From: Nostoc sp. DedSLP01
GTDB lineage: Bacteria > Cyanobacteriota > Cyanobacteriia > Cyanobacteriales > Nostocaceae
Length of the DNA: 64,000 nucleotides
Assembly: GCA_034530875.2 (NCBI GenBank)
Contig: JAVRCJ020000016.1
Location: forward strand, 32,001-96,000
Direction of reading: 5' to 3'
This document shows, piece by piece, positions 20,184 through 33,323 of the stretch (positions are counted from its first letter, which is position 1; each line of letters opens with the position of its first letter). A program made the translations under genes and the position numbers. The notes under the pieces were generated by a model, which was given only the letters and a program-made list of their open reading frames with translations, was not told the origin of the DNA and did not search any database.

Positions 20184-22421
20184 ATGAATCTTCAATCTTC
20201 TTCTTTGCCTCAAATGCTTAACTCTCAAGAGGAAGCTTTTCAATATCTTGTACAAGGCCACTATATAAAAGCTGCTAGTTTATATGAACAATTAATCAAC
20301 ACGGGACCAGAAGTAAGTTCTCACTATTGGTATTTGGGACTGGTGCTACTTTTACAAGGTGAAGAAGCGGAAGCCCAAATGACTTGGCTACTGGCAATGG
20401 AAAAAGCCGAAGCAGACGAGGTAGAGTTATGGACAGTTGAACTTATACAAATTCTGCAAACAGAAGCAACCAGACAAGAGACTCTGGAAAATTATTCTGT
20501 TGCTTGGGCAATTCGCCAACATATAAAAGAAATTAATCTCCATGAGATAAATAATTTATTAAGTATTATTAATCTTGATATTCAACTAGAAAGGTTCACA
20601 GATGATGAATTGAGCGATTTAGAAATAATTGATATCTTAAAAACAGAGGAAAATCTAGAGCTTGACTGTCAATTATTATTGCAAGTATTGCAACAATTAT
20701 TAGAGGTTGCACCCTTACATACAGCATCTTTAGAGCTATTAGAGGTATGTTTACCTTACTTTTCTGATAATCAATCTCTTCTTAATATTCTGCTACCTGC
20801 ATCTATGAAAATTGCTTATAATTTTAAGCAACCTCACATAGCAGCAGACATTTTAGAGTTTTACTTGCGTTTAGATCCTGAAAATAGAGAAATTTTGCTA
20901 TGTTTAGCAGCTTTTTATCAAAATTCAGGTGATTATTTAAAAGGAATTAAAACTGCTAAGATTGGCTACTCTCTAGCGAAAGAAATTACAGATAGAATTT
21001 ATGGAATTGCTGTTGTATTAAGGGGTTTGTTAAGTGCAGGTGGTTACTGGCAAGAGGTAGTAAGTACTTGTCAAGATTTAGAAAATTTGATGCTTGCATT
21101 AATAGAAAATCAAGGGTCATTACGCTCAGAAGAACTCAATTTTCGTTTGATAACTCCTTTTTTCTCTATAGCTCATATTAAAGATGAGCCAGCTACAACT
21201 AGATATATTTTAAATCAAGTATCCAAAATTTTTGAAACGCATACTCAGGTTGTATTTGCTGAGAATTTTGAGCGATATTATCAGCAGAATCTAAAACTTC
21301 AACAGACAAGAAAATCTACAAAAAAAATCAAAATTGGATATTTATCTCACTGTTTAAGAAGACATTCTGTAGGCTGGCTGGCTCGTTGGCTAATTCAGCA
21401 TCATAATCGAGAAAATTTTGAAATTTATATATATTTTGTTAATTCTAATTTACTAGATGACCCTCTTCAGGATTGGTATGAAAATGAAGCGTCATATTCT
21501 CGTCGATTAGGGATGAATAGCTGCGAAATTGCCGACCAAATAAATCAAGATGAAATCGATATTTTAGTCGATCTTGATAGCGTCACTTTAGATATTACTT
21601 GTGAAATAATGGCACTCAAGCCAGCACCACTTCAATTAACTTGGCTGGGTTGGGATGCATCCGGAGTACCAAGTATTGATTACTTTATTGCAGACCCTTA
21701 TGTATTACCAGATTCAGCGCAAAATTATTACACAGAGAAAATTTGGCGATTACCACAAACTTATATAGCTGTAGATGGATTTGAGGTAGGAGTTCCTACC
21801 CTACGGCGAACAGATTTAGACATTCCTAGCGATGCTGTAGTGTATTTGAGCGCTCAACGGGGATATAAACGTCATCCTGAAACTACAAGATGGCAAATGA
21901 AAATTATCAAACAAGTCCCAAATAGCTACTTTTTGATTAAGGGTGATGCTGAAGAAGAAGCTATTAAAGAGTTTTTCTATACAATAGCAGCAGCAGAGGG
22001 TGTGGATCGCGATCGCCTGCGGTTTTTACCTTTAGATCTCACTGAAGCTATCCATAGAGCTAATTTAGCGATCACTGATATTGTATTAGATACATCTCCT
22101 TATAATGGAGCAACCACAACGCTAGAAACATTGTGGATGGGTATCCCCTTAGTTACGCGAGTCGGAGAACAGTTTGCGGCTCGTAATAGCTACACCATGA
22201 TGATAAATGCTGGTATCACAGAAGGTATTGCCTGGACTGATGAAGAGTATGTAGAGTGGGGTGTGCGCTTGGGGAAAGATGCTACTTTAAGACAGGAAAT
22301 TTCTTGGAAACTCCGACAGTCACGGCACACAGCACCTTTGTGGAATGGTAAGCAATTTACCTGTGAAATGGAAAAGGCTTACGAGCAAATGTGGCAGAAG
22401 TACACTGAGACTAATTGCTAA
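20184..22421 (+). CDS. ogtA: SPINDLY/OGT family (GT41) O-glycosyltransferase
   Basis: IKIGYLS..LRRHSVG, DEIDILVDL, PAPLQLTWLG, LDTSPYNGATTTLETLWMGIP; directly downstream of pilA as in Nostoc punctiforme. Confidence 0.9.
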   Translation: MNLQSSSLPQMLNSQEEAFQYLVQGHYIKAASLYEQLINTGPEVSSHYWYLGLVLLLQGEEAEAQMTWLLAMEKAEADEVELWTVELIQILQTEATRQETLENYSVAWAIRQHIKEINLHEINNLLSIINLDIQLERFTDDELSDLEIIDILKTEENLELDCQLLLQVLQQLLEVAPLHTASLELLEVCLPYFSDNQSLLNILLPASMKIAYNFKQPHIAADILEFYLRLDPENREILLCLAAFYQNSGDYLKGIKTAKIGYSLAKEITDRIYGIAVVLRGLLSAGGYWQEVVSTCQDLENLMLALIENQGSLRSEELNFRLITPFFSIAHIKDEPATTRYILNQVSKIFETHTQVVFAENFERYYQQNLKLQQTRKSTKKIKIGYLSHCLRRHSVGWLARWLIQHHNRENFEIYIYFVNSNLLDDPLQDWYENEASYSRRLGMNSCEIADQINQDEIDILVDLDSVTLDITCEIMALKPAPLQLTWLGWDASGVPSIDYFIADPYVLPDSAQNYYTEKIWRLPQTYIAVDGFEVGVPTLRRTDLDIPSDAVVYLSAQRGYKRHPETTRWQMKIIKQVPNSYFLIKGDAEEEAIKEFFYTIAAAEGVDRDRLRFLPLDLTEAIHRANLAITDIVLDTSPYNGATTTLETLWMGIPLVTRVGEQFAARNSYTMMINAGITEGIAWTDEEYVEWGVRLGKDATLRQEISWKLRQSRHTAPLWNGKQFTCEMEKAYEQMWQKYTETNC

Positions 22422-22465
22422 CTTAGATATAGCAATTCTAGTTGATTTGTAAAAATTGAGGCTTT

Positions 22466-22500
22466 AAGAAACCCGACTTATTTATAAATTCGGGTTTCTT
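22466..22500. terminator. Hairpin between convergent ogtA and Uma2 genes
   Basis: AAGAAACCCGA-N13-TCGGGTTTCTT. Confidence 0.6.
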
Positions 22501-22529
22501 GGTATCTGTATAAATTGTAAAAAATTGCA

Positions 22530-23153
22530 TTAGTCTATATGTGCAGCTTGAAAAACCTGTTCGGTAATTAAGTTCAATTCTGGAAAAATTTTTGATTCAA
22601 TGCGCTCACTATCTGCGAACTGCCGAACTTGGTATTCACCTTCAACCAAAGAGTAAATTGAGATAGTTGGTTGTTTGGGATTGCCAATAAACCTCCTACC
22701 GCCTAAAGCTGCATAATCTACAATCCAGTATTCTGCTATGCCTACTGCCTCATAATCAGCAGCTTTTTTTAAATAATCATCTCTCCAGTTGGTGCTGACA
22801 ACTTCAATTACTAAAGGGATTGATGCCGCTTGGCTAACAGTTGACTCTTTTTTCCACAAAGGCTCATTCACTAGATTAGGTTGATTTAATATCAAACCAT
22901 CTGGTGAATAAGCTGATTCGCTCTCAGTTGGTTTAATAAATGCCGTTTTGGGAATAAAATAAGGAAGTTTTAGCCGCCTAATTTCAACAGATATTTCTAG
23001 CATCAAAAAACCAATAACTTCTTCATGATCACCTGTTGGTGGCGGCATTTCAAAAATTACTCTATCACGAAGTTCATAGCGTTGTTGTGAGTTTCCTGGA
23101 TACCAACTAATAAATTCATCAAATGTTACTAATTTATTTAAAGCTCGAGTCAT
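22530..23153 (-). CDS. Uma2 family endonuclease
   Basis: RYEL, MPPPTGDHE, YSPD, LVIEVVS, GIAEYWIVD. Confidence 0.92.
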   Translation of the reverse strand: MTRALNKLVTFDEFISWYPGNSQQRYELRDRVIFEMPPPTGDHEEVIGFLMLEISVEIRRLKLPYFIPKTAFIKPTESESAYSPDGLILNQPNLVNEPLWKKESTVSQAASIPLVIEVVSTNWRDDYLKKAADYEAVGIAEYWIVDYAALGGRRFIGNPKQPTISIYSLVEGEYQVRQFADSERIESKIFPELNLITEQVFQAAHID

Positions 23154-23248
23154 AAATTATCACTCTTGATGTTGGCTCCATTAACAATTACTAGGGTAGC
23201 ACAGCTAGCTGTGCTGCCCTAGCTCATAACTCACGAAAGCGATAGATG

Positions 23249-25939
23249 CTATACAACTGCTAGATCTACTAAATTCTCTACTTTATAGATAGGAATATTT
23301 GCAGATTTAACTAGTGCATGAATTCGCTGTTGATTTTCTTTCTCCCAAGCAATTCGAGCAGAAATATTTGGCACAAGGACTTCCCAATCAAGTTCACTTA
23401 ATTCTTTTAACAGCGAAATAGATGCTTTGTCTGTCAAATCTAAATCATCTTCCATCAGCAGATTCATAGTCACGCTAGATAAAATTAAGCTAGCTTCATC
23501 TTCAGAAATATCATCAATATCTATTAAAAGAGTTATTTTTTCTGCATCTGGATGATTAAATATTGTTCGTAAAATTTCTGCAAACTGTTCTAATAAAAAC
23601 TCTTCAGATGCACTCCAATCTGGAAAGATAATTAAATTGATATCTTTTAAATTTAGATATTCTTGAAGAGAGATTAATTTTTCTTTTTGCAACAGTTTTT
23701 GAAGTGATTGAGGAATTTCACGAATGAACATCATTGAGTTTTCAATTGTATGAATTCCTGGCGTATGTAGAAGCATAAATAATAATTCTGCTGCTTGCTC
23801 TCTTGTGGGTATATGCCTCAACATATCTAGATTTTTTACCAATGCTGTTTTACGCATAATAGTAAAAGCCAGCAAACTAGGCGGATATTTCAGCCACGGC
23901 AAAGTAGTAACTGCTTCTTCATAACTCAAGCATTGATTATATGGTATAAATATTCCTTGGGGTAAAAATTTTCCTTTTAGCATTCTATTTTGATTAATAG
24001 GTAACCATCCCCCAAAGGAAACTCCTTGAATTACTTGTTGCCCATCAGCTAATAAAATTTGCATAGCTGATAAGATAAGAGATTCATGATATTGAATATT
24101 ACTGTGGGCTAAAAGAATATAGTCTTCTGGAATCGTTTCTAATAAAGCAAGAATCGATTCTATTGTTTGTTTATGGTCTTCCAAATCCAAATAATTACAT
24201 TTGTATTCATTGATTGCTTGATATCTAGAACGTTTCAAGCCTTGAGATAAAAACTGGTTTTCTTGCTCATTGTTATAAGTTAGTTGAACAACTCCTACAG
24301 ATGGATGACTTATATTATTTTTGGGGTTTGTTAATCCTTGTTGTTTAACTTTCTGACGAAAATCTCTAATTTCTAATATATATTTTTCTAAAAACTCATT
24401 TTCTTCTGTAAGAGAACGCTGTTTTTCTTCGCTACCAGGTAAATTATATAGTGAAGAACCATATAAAACTCTATTGCAAACTTTATCTAATGTTGGATCG
24501 ATTCCAGGTTTTAGTTCATTATTGCTTTCAAAGCTTAAGCCTTCTGAATTAAACGAGCGAAACTCATTGGAAAACTTAAAAAAGTAAGCATTTGTAAATC
24601 GATACAATCTTCTTAAGTCTTCAACTGTAGTTTTAGCAGATTCAGAGAATAAACTATCTACTAAAATTCTGAGAGATGCTATATCGAACTTATCAATTAC
24701 ATACCTTAAGGCAAAACTATATAAAGAGCTGCTAATAATTGCTGTCGGTATTCCTTTTGCTACAGCCTCTATTGACATTGTGCTGAAAAAAGCGATCGCT
24801 GCGTCAGTGTGCCATAATAAAGCATAAGAAGTTAGCTGCTCTGATGGCATAACAATTCGCACATTTTTAGGAGCAGAGAGAGATTGTTGATAGGCTCTAA
24901 CAATAAAATCTATCTGAGCAGGTAAATATTCTCTGCCTGCTATATTAGGATGATGTCGAATTACTAAATATTCATCTTTGTCTGCAAATACCTCAATTAA
25001 TCGATCAATTATATCTAGCTGCTGGCTAATCCCTAAATAATCTTGAGCTGCTGCTAATTCGTCTTCGCTGGAAGTGAATACTGCAAAAATTTTTGCATCT
25101 TCTGGTATATTTAGCTGGCGACGAACAGAAGCATATTCTGTTTGATAATTATAGAATGAAGAGAAATTTTGACCAGTTTCACGCTCTAACCAATATTTTT
25201 TAACCTGTAGCAATTCTGAATTATTAAGTGGAATATTTTCCCAAGCTTCAATTACATCTCTTGCAGGTTTAGTCTGCATACATCCATGATTATCTAGTAG
25301 AAGATAACTATTATTAATGTATCCCTTTTCTTGGACAATCGTATCAATATTGTGTTGACGCGCTACTTCAAAAGCAATTCGAGAAGGAGCCAATCTAGCT
25401 CCTAACAAAAATAGATGAGTTGGTTGATAATAATATATTAACCTAGATACTGCTTTGTAGGTAACTAAGCCATCTATCAAATACTGTCTGTGAACTTTTC
25501 TCACATCAGGACTAGATAGCCCTGTTGATGTAATCCGGAAATAAGTATATACAGATGAAGTAACCCATTGACCAATTGCTAAGTTATCATATACGGCCTC
25601 TGCATAGTTTACAGGGTCAACAGTTGCTAGCCATTCGTTAGCTAAGTTGTAATCATTATCTAGAACAAAATCCCGGAGTTGCTTGTAAGGTAGATGAAAT
25701 GAATCACAAAAATATCCTTTGCTTGTCTGGGAACATAATTCACATATTTGTTGTTTGATTTCTCCTGTTCCTCGGAGAATGTAGCAAGATTCAAACAAAC
25801 CGTCACAACCGGTTATTAAAACATCACACCCTCGCATCCTTAATGCAGTGGCAACAGTGGCATCAAGTTGATGATGAAATAACCAAGCTGGAGGAAGAGA
25901 ATATAAGGATAAAAATAATATTTTTTTCTGTTGGCTCAT
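23249..25939 (-). CDS. Large putative glycosyltransferase (capsule-synthesis/KpsS-like region plus Nostoc-type C-terminal domain)
   Basis: YLVIRHHPN, SYALL, STMSIEAVAKGIP GT-B-like motifs; C-terminal INLIIFPDW module; lies at the distal end of the pse cluster. Confidence 0.7.
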   Translation of the reverse strand: MSQQKKILFLSLYSLPPAWLFHHQLDATVATALRMRGCDVLITGCDGLFESCYILRGTGEIKQQICELCSQTSKGYFCDSFHLPYKQLRDFVLDNDYNLANEWLATVDPVNYAEAVYDNLAIGQWVTSSVYTYFRITSTGLSSPDVRKVHRQYLIDGLVTYKAVSRLIYYYQPTHLFLLGARLAPSRIAFEVARQHNIDTIVQEKGYINNSYLLLDNHGCMQTKPARDVIEAWENIPLNNSELLQVKKYWLERETGQNFSSFYNYQTEYASVRRQLNIPEDAKIFAVFTSSEDELAAAQDYLGISQQLDIIDRLIEVFADKDEYLVIRHHPNIAGREYLPAQIDFIVRAYQQSLSAPKNVRIVMPSEQLTSYALLWHTDAAIAFFSTMSIEAVAKGIPTAIISSSLYSFALRYVIDKFDIASLRILVDSLFSESAKTTVEDLRRLYRFTNAYFFKFSNEFRSFNSEGLSFESNNELKPGIDPTLDKVCNRVLYGSSLYNLPGSEEKQRSLTEENEFLEKYILEIRDFRQKVKQQGLTNPKNNISHPSVGVVQLTYNNEQENQFLSQGLKRSRYQAINEYKCNYLDLEDHKQTIESILALLETIPEDYILLAHSNIQYHESLILSAMQILLADGQQVIQGVSFGGWLPINQNRMLKGKFLPQGIFIPYNQCLSYEEAVTTLPWLKYPPSLLAFTIMRKTALVKNLDMLRHIPTREQAAELLFMLLHTPGIHTIENSMMFIREIPQSLQKLLQKEKLISLQEYLNLKDINLIIFPDWSASEEFLLEQFAEILRTIFNHPDAEKITLLIDIDDISEDEASLILSSVTMNLLMEDDLDLTDKASISLLKELSELDWEVLVPNISARIAWEKENQQRIHALVKSANIPIYKVENLVDLAVV

Positions 25940-26209
25940 GATTCAATTACCGATAAATAATTAATATCTGGAAATAAACTTAACCTTACAATTATTTGCT
26001 TTTTTACATCCTTGAAAAATTTAAATTTTTACCAATAATGAATTTTTTAGCAGCTAATTCATGGATATTACTCAATAAAATAGGTTTTCAGAAGCCATTT
26101 AAAGCCATTCATACTGGCGCTTCCACCGTAATTACACTGAAAAACTTATCTAGTTAAACAGAAATTTTAATTGTTTAAATAAATATACAAATAGTTTAAT
26201 TTCAGCAAC

Positions 26210-27232
26210 CTAATTTAATAGATGAGATATTTCACTAGCAATTCGGTCTGCTCCTCGTCCGTCAATTGTTTCCCATCCCAATCTAGCTAATTGATGAAGT
26301 AAAGTAATATTTTTTGTTAATTTTGTAAGGGAATTAACTGCATTTTGAGTTCGATCCAAATCTGCTAACAAACCAATGGAACTCAACTGCTCAACATAAT
26401 ATTTCATTGAATCCCAAGCAACTGCTGCACAAGGCTTGCCCATACACATAACTTCATAGGAAGTAATTCCTCCAAGGGTAACAATTAGATCGTGTTCTAA
26501 AATTAAATGTGCTAAACAACTAGGTGACTTTATAACACTCAAGTACTGACTTTTTTGAGCAATCACTTGCAATTGATTGACTTGCGTTAGATCAAAAGCA
26601 GGGCCAACAATAATAGTCGTAGAGAAGCTTGGTACAAGTTGTTGTTCATATAAACTTTGAACTAACTGAAGCGTAATATTGTCAGGATCGGCTCCCCCTA
26701 GAGTGATTAATATTTTGTTTACTTTGCCTTTTTGCCAAGGAGCAACAGGGCGTAGTTGAGCTACAGATTGACGGATAATCCGGTACGGCGCTCCTATTAG
26801 TCCTACCCCTTTAAAAGAGGGTGGCAAGTCTTTGAGGGATTTAAACGCATCTCCATCTACCAACATATCAGCAGCAAAACGTCCTATACCACTGTCGTTT
26901 ACATGCACAAATGCTTGATATCCCTCACTTTTAGCTACTGCTATATCCTCAGCCTGAACATTGAGTAGGTCAGTAACTAAAATAAAAACACCTTGTTGTT
27001 TACACAGGTGCGATCGCTGTGTAAATGCAGTTTGAGAATCAGGAACTACAATGACTTCACACTCAGGAGGTTGAAAATAAGCAGCAAGTTCTGGAGTAGT
27101 TTCCCACAACAATATAACTCTTTGCCAAAATCCAGTATTCTTTAAAGCAGTGGCTAAAGTTGCTGTTCGAGACAAATGACCGATTCCAATTGTGCCACCA
27201 CCAGCTGCTTGTAGTACAACTGAATAGCTCAT
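26210..27232 (-). CDS. pseG: PseG/SpsG-like UDP-sugar hydrolase
   Basis: IGIGHLSR, ILITLGGADP, GITSYEVMCMGKP, IDGRGADRI. Confidence 0.8.
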   Translation of the reverse strand: MSYSVVLQAAGGGTIGIGHLSRTATLATALKNTGFWQRVILLWETTPELAAYFQPPECEVIVVPDSQTAFTQRSHLCKQQGVFILVTDLLNVQAEDIAVAKSEGYQAFVHVNDSGIGRFAADMLVDGDAFKSLKDLPPSFKGVGLIGAPYRIIRQSVAQLRPVAPWQKGKVNKILITLGGADPDNITLQLVQSLYEQQLVPSFSTTIIVGPAFDLTQVNQLQVIAQKSQYLSVIKSPSCLAHLILEHDLIVTLGGITSYEVMCMGKPCAAVAWDSMKYYVEQLSSIGLLADLDRTQNAVNSLTKLTKNITLLHQLARLGWETIDGRGADRIASEISHLLN

Positions 27233-27963
27233 ATTAGATTTTCGTTTAAACTAAATTGCCACTCTGGGTGTGCATCTAAAACAGCTACAATATCTTTGAC
27301 ACTGGCATATTCAGCATTAGCACCAAGAGAATTTACAATCAAACGAACTCGATTCAGTTCCTCATTAGTATCTACACTTAGTTTCCATTGACGACGTGAC
27401 AACTCTTGAGATGAACCTAATCGAGCAATTTTAAACTTTTCTGGAAAATTATCCACTACTAAAGTTACATGTTCTTTATCGGCAGCACTAGTGCCTAACT
27501 CGCTCATTTTTGCGAAGGCATCTTTTGTAAACAATTCGGCATTAAATCCGTTGGGGTAACTTGTTTGATAATGAGGTTGAGCCAGAATATGAGTATAGTC
27601 TGCATCTTCTCGTTGTTTCAGGTTAACTAGGGCATCTAGCAAAGTCCAATCAATTAAAGGACAATCTCCTGTAATCCGAAAAATCAAAGATGGATCAGTC
27701 TTTTGAATCAGAAGGTTGTAGCGAGAACGAACGTCTTGAGGATCTCCCCGCAGTACATTGGCTCTATTCTCAACTGCTGTTACTAGTACATCGTCTTCAG
27801 GATTTGTCGTTGTTAAAACCCAAACTTCATCTATTTGGCTAGCTCTTTTTACTCTATCTATTACCCAATGAATAATTGGTTTTCCCCCAAGGTCAATTAG
27901 GGACTTGCCAGGGAGACGAGTAGAACCCATACGGGCCTGAATTCCAGCTACAACCCTACTCAC
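27229..27963 (-). CDS. SpsF/PseF-type nonulosonate cytidylyltransferase
   Basis: IQARMGSTRLPGK, RITGDCPLID, EHVT, LSVDT. Confidence 0.88.
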   Translation of the reverse strand: MSRVVAGIQARMGSTRLPGKSLIDLGGKPIIHWVIDRVKRASQIDEVWVLTTTNPEDDVLVTAVENRANVLRGDPQDVRSRYNLLIQKTDPSLIFRITGDCPLIDWTLLDALVNLKQREDADYTHILAQPHYQTSYPNGFNAELFTKDAFAKMSELGTSAADKEHVTLVVDNFPEKFKIARLGSSQELSRRQWKLSVDTNEELNRVRLIVNSLGANAEYASVKDIVAVLDAHPEWQFSLNENLI

Positions 27964-29012
27964 TTAAATATCTCCCATTGCAACACAGTGTTTTCTGCTA
28001 GGTCAGCAGAAACTTTCATACCCAAGACCGTATCTAGAAATTGAGGAGCAATTCCTCCTCCTGGTCTAACAATTTTGATATCTTCGGGCTGCAAACGATG
28101 ACCTGCTGCAACTTTATGACGCAATACTAAAGAACGTACAGAAGTTTTACGCTCTGATTCTTCACAGGCAACAACACGTTTGCGGGGATGTCCTAGAGCA
28201 GTATAAGTATCTTTAACTCCACATACAAGTTGGTGAAGTTGAGCCATATTCAGACTAAACCAATGATCTGGCCCTACAGAATCCTGATTCAAGGTGACGT
28301 GTTTTTCAATGACACTAGCACCTAAAGCAACAGCGGCGATCGCTGCTGTTGTTCCCAAACTATGGTCAGAAAATCCAATCGCACATTCTGGGTAGAGAGT
28401 AGCAAGGGTAGGGATAACCCGCAGATTCATCTCTTCCATTGGTGAAGGATACTGAGCAACACAATGCATGATGCATAATTCACGGCAGCCACTTTCAAAT
28501 AATGTTGCGATCGCAGTATCAGCTTCCGCTAAAGTACATTTACCTAAAGATAAAAAGACAGGCTTTCCAGTTTGGGCAATGTGGCGCAGCATTGGTAAGT
28601 GATTTACATCAGAGGCTGCAACTTTAAAAGCAGGAACATTTAACTCCATTAAAAAATCAACACCCTTTTCACTAAAAGGAGTTGAAAAGACTTCTAATCC
28701 TAGTTCATGAGCGACTTGAAAAAGGTCAGCATGAGCCTCACGAGGGAGAGAAAGTCTTTGAAATAAGTCTCCGATACGCTCTTGTTGTTCTTTTCCAGCA
28801 GAACCCCAAGTAATAATTCGTTGGGAATCAGCTACTAATTCTTCTGCTGTATAGGTTTGAAATTTAACAGCTTTGGCTCCGGTAGCAGCTATTTCCTGAA
28901 GCATTAATTCTGCTTTTTTAGCGTTACCGTCATGATTAGCGCCAATTTCTGCCACTACTAAAGGAGGTGTATTATCTCCTATCTGGATTTTTCCGATTGG
29001 AAAATTAGCCAA
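27960..29012 (-). CDS. pseI: NeuB/PseI-family nonulosonic acid synthase with C-terminal SAF domain
   Basis: AEIGANHDG, AVKFQTY, FSTPF, GFSDHSLG, VIEKHVTL, RPGGGIAP; TTG start with AGGAG RBS. Confidence 0.88.
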   Translation of the reverse strand: MANFPIGKIQIGDNTPPLVVAEIGANHDGNAKKAELMLQEIAATGAKAVKFQTYTAEELVADSQRIITWGSAGKEQQERIGDLFQRLSLPREAHADLFQVAHELGLEVFSTPFSEKGVDFLMELNVPAFKVAASDVNHLPMLRHIAQTGKPVFLSLGKCTLAEADTAIATLFESGCRELCIMHCVAQYPSPMEEMNLRVIPTLATLYPECAIGFSDHSLGTTAAIAAVALGASVIEKHVTLNQDSVGPDHWFSLNMAQLHQLVCGVKDTYTALGHPRKRVVACEESERKTSVRSLVLRHKVAAGHRLQPEDIKIVRPGGGIAPQFLDTVLGMKVSADLAENTVLQWEIFK

Positions 29013-29133
29013 AATTAAATCTCCTGTTTTTCTTGAAAAGTCTTTTGATTATTCATTTATCTTGCCTCTGAAGAATGTCATAAATTTATTTCCAAGCAAT
29101 CAATGTACCAACAAAATAATATTTAATTATAAT

Positions 29134-29844
29134 TTAGGATTTATTCGGTTTTTTAGCCCATACAATCCACCAGCTATGTTTTTCTTTCATATTGTTTTTG
29201 TACCAGTCACAAAGCTCTAAATTTTCTAACTCAAATCCAGCCTCTTGTATCAACTCCCGAACAATTATTTCATCCAAGAATGTGTAGTGACATCCTGCAT
29301 AAGCTCCTGCTCGTTCATCCAAAAGGAAATGGTCGCGATCTAACTGATTTCCTAACCCATAAAACCAGTTGTCCTTAGTACGAAAGTTGATACATAGCCG
29401 TCCACCAGGACTGAGTAAATTGAAAATCAGCTTAAGATCGGTAAGTATTTCTACAATTGGGCGGAGAAACACTACACCCCAACAAATAACAACATCAAAT
29501 TTATTTAGAGTAAAGCCTGCATTGCGAAAATCATCTATGATAATATCACCGAGTAGTGGATTGTGGCTGTATAGATGACGCACGCGATCGCCTGCCTCAC
29601 GAACAAATTCTACTCCACTGGCTTGAAAGCCAAATTCCATGAGTAACTGTAAGTGCTGCCCAGAGCCAAAACCAATGTCTAAAGCTTGTTTAGAGGTCTT
29701 TTGATCTATCTCCATGCTTGAGAGAAAACGCACCACATATTCACTTGGATAGTTCAATATATGTTTTGTGAGTTCCTTGGTAGCAAAAGACTGATTTTGA
29801 GTATTGATTTTAGATAAGTTCAAAGCAGAATCTTTTTGAATCAT
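29134..29844 (-). CDS. Class I SAM-dependent methyltransferase
   Basis: ALDIGFGSG, FDVVIC, LLSPGG. Confidence 0.88.
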   Translation of the reverse strand: MIQKDSALNLSKINTQNQSFATKELTKHILNYPSEYVVRFLSSMEIDQKTSKQALDIGFGSGQHLQLLMEFGFQASGVEFVREAGDRVRHLYSHNPLLGDIIIDDFRNAGFTLNKFDVVICWGVVFLRPIVEILTDLKLIFNLLSPGGRLCINFRTKDNWFYGLGNQLDRDHFLLDERAGAYAGCHYTFLDEIIVRELIQEAGFELENLELCDWYKNNMKEKHSWWIVWAKKPNKS

Positions 29845-31070
29845 TGATTTTTCTCCATGTGAAAGTGAATTTTATTTGCTGTTTTATGCCAGATCAGATC
29901 GGCTTCGTCTCTTGTTTCGCCGCAGGTTAATAGATATCCGACGCGATAACCTGTAGCACCAGTACGAGATTCTTCAATTATTTCACCTGGTTCCAGAAAA
30001 CTTTCAACATCAACTACTCCCGGCATTTGGCGAACTTCTTCAATTCCCTCGACTGCTAGAAAGCGCCCTCTCGCAGCTGAAAGCATCCGTAGAACTGCCC
30101 CTCTACGGTGAATTGGCTCAAAATTTGCTTCGTAGCCCAAACTGAAATTGATTAGCTCAAGTATAGGTGAAACTCCTATTACCGCAGGAATCATCTTTGC
30201 CAGTATATTAAATCCAGCAGGCCGTCCAGTAATTTCAATAACAATTGGTTCTCCCGATCGATCAACTATAATATCGGCATTGACTAGGCAATTCTTAAAT
30301 CCCAATATGCTACATGCTTTGGAAAGAGTTTCTGCAATTTTTTGCTGAGTCAAACTAGGGAGTATAGAGGGAGACAACAAACCCTTACCTAATCGAAATG
30401 GTAGTTCTGTTATTTCTTTATCTCTAATAACTATTAATGAGTGGTAATTATTTACCACAACGCTATCTACTCCTACTTCCAATCCTTGAATACACTTTTC
30501 AACTAAAGACTTTCCTGATTCTTTATATTTTTGTCTTTGCTGAAGATGCCACGGTAACCAACGAAGAAACTCAGCTTTATCTCTAGCTACAAATACTCCC
30601 TGACTACCGCTTCCATAACGAGGCTTGGCAACTACTGGATACCCTATTTTTTCTGCTGCCTTTAGCAAAGATTCTTCATCAGTTGCCTCAGCAAATTCTG
30701 GTGTTGCTAATCCGCCTTCTGCTAAAACTTTCCGTGTGAGTAGCTTGTCTGTACAAAGTTTAGCTGCTGCTTCAGAAATTCCCTTTAATCCCAATGCATC
30801 ATTAACTGCTCCTACAGTCGTCAAAATAGCACCTAAAGGAACTGGCAAAACACAACGAATATTTAATTCTCGTGCTAGTGCGATCGCCTTAGCAGTATTT
30901 CGTAAATCCATTACCATACCGCGATCGGCTATTTGCAATCCTCCAGCTTTTGAATTTTCATCTACAGCTGTAACTTTCAGTCCCATTTTTTGAGCAATCT
31001 CAATAACTGGGATCTGTTCAATTCCAGCACCTATACATAAAACATTAATTTCATTAACTTTTTTATCCAT
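29841..31070 (-). CDS. ATP-grasp domain ligase
   Basis: DKLLTR, IGYPVVAKPRYGSGSQGV, LVEKCIQG, IVIEITGR. Confidence 0.9.
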   Translation of the reverse strand: MDKKVNEINVLCIGAGIEQIPVIEIAQKMGLKVTAVDENSKAGGLQIADRGMVMDLRNTAKAIALARELNIRCVLPVPLGAILTTVGAVNDALGLKGISEAAAKLCTDKLLTRKVLAEGGLATPEFAEATDEESLLKAAEKIGYPVVAKPRYGSGSQGVFVARDKAEFLRWLPWHLQQRQKYKESGKSLVEKCIQGLEVGVDSVVVNNYHSLIVIRDKEITELPFRLGKGLLSPSILPSLTQQKIAETLSKACSILGFKNCLVNADIIVDRSGEPIVIEITGRPAGFNILAKMIPAVIGVSPILELINFSLGYEANFEPIHRRGAVLRMLSAARGRFLAVEGIEEVRQMPGVVDVESFLEPGEIIEESRTGATGYRVGYLLTCGETRDEADLIWHKTANKIHFHMEKNQ

Positions 31071-31097
31071 AAATAAATATTTAATTTAATGATATTT

Positions 31098-33295
<2,198 letters not shown>

Positions 33296-33323
33296 TTAAG
33301 TGAAATTTTTAATGAACTTTGGG

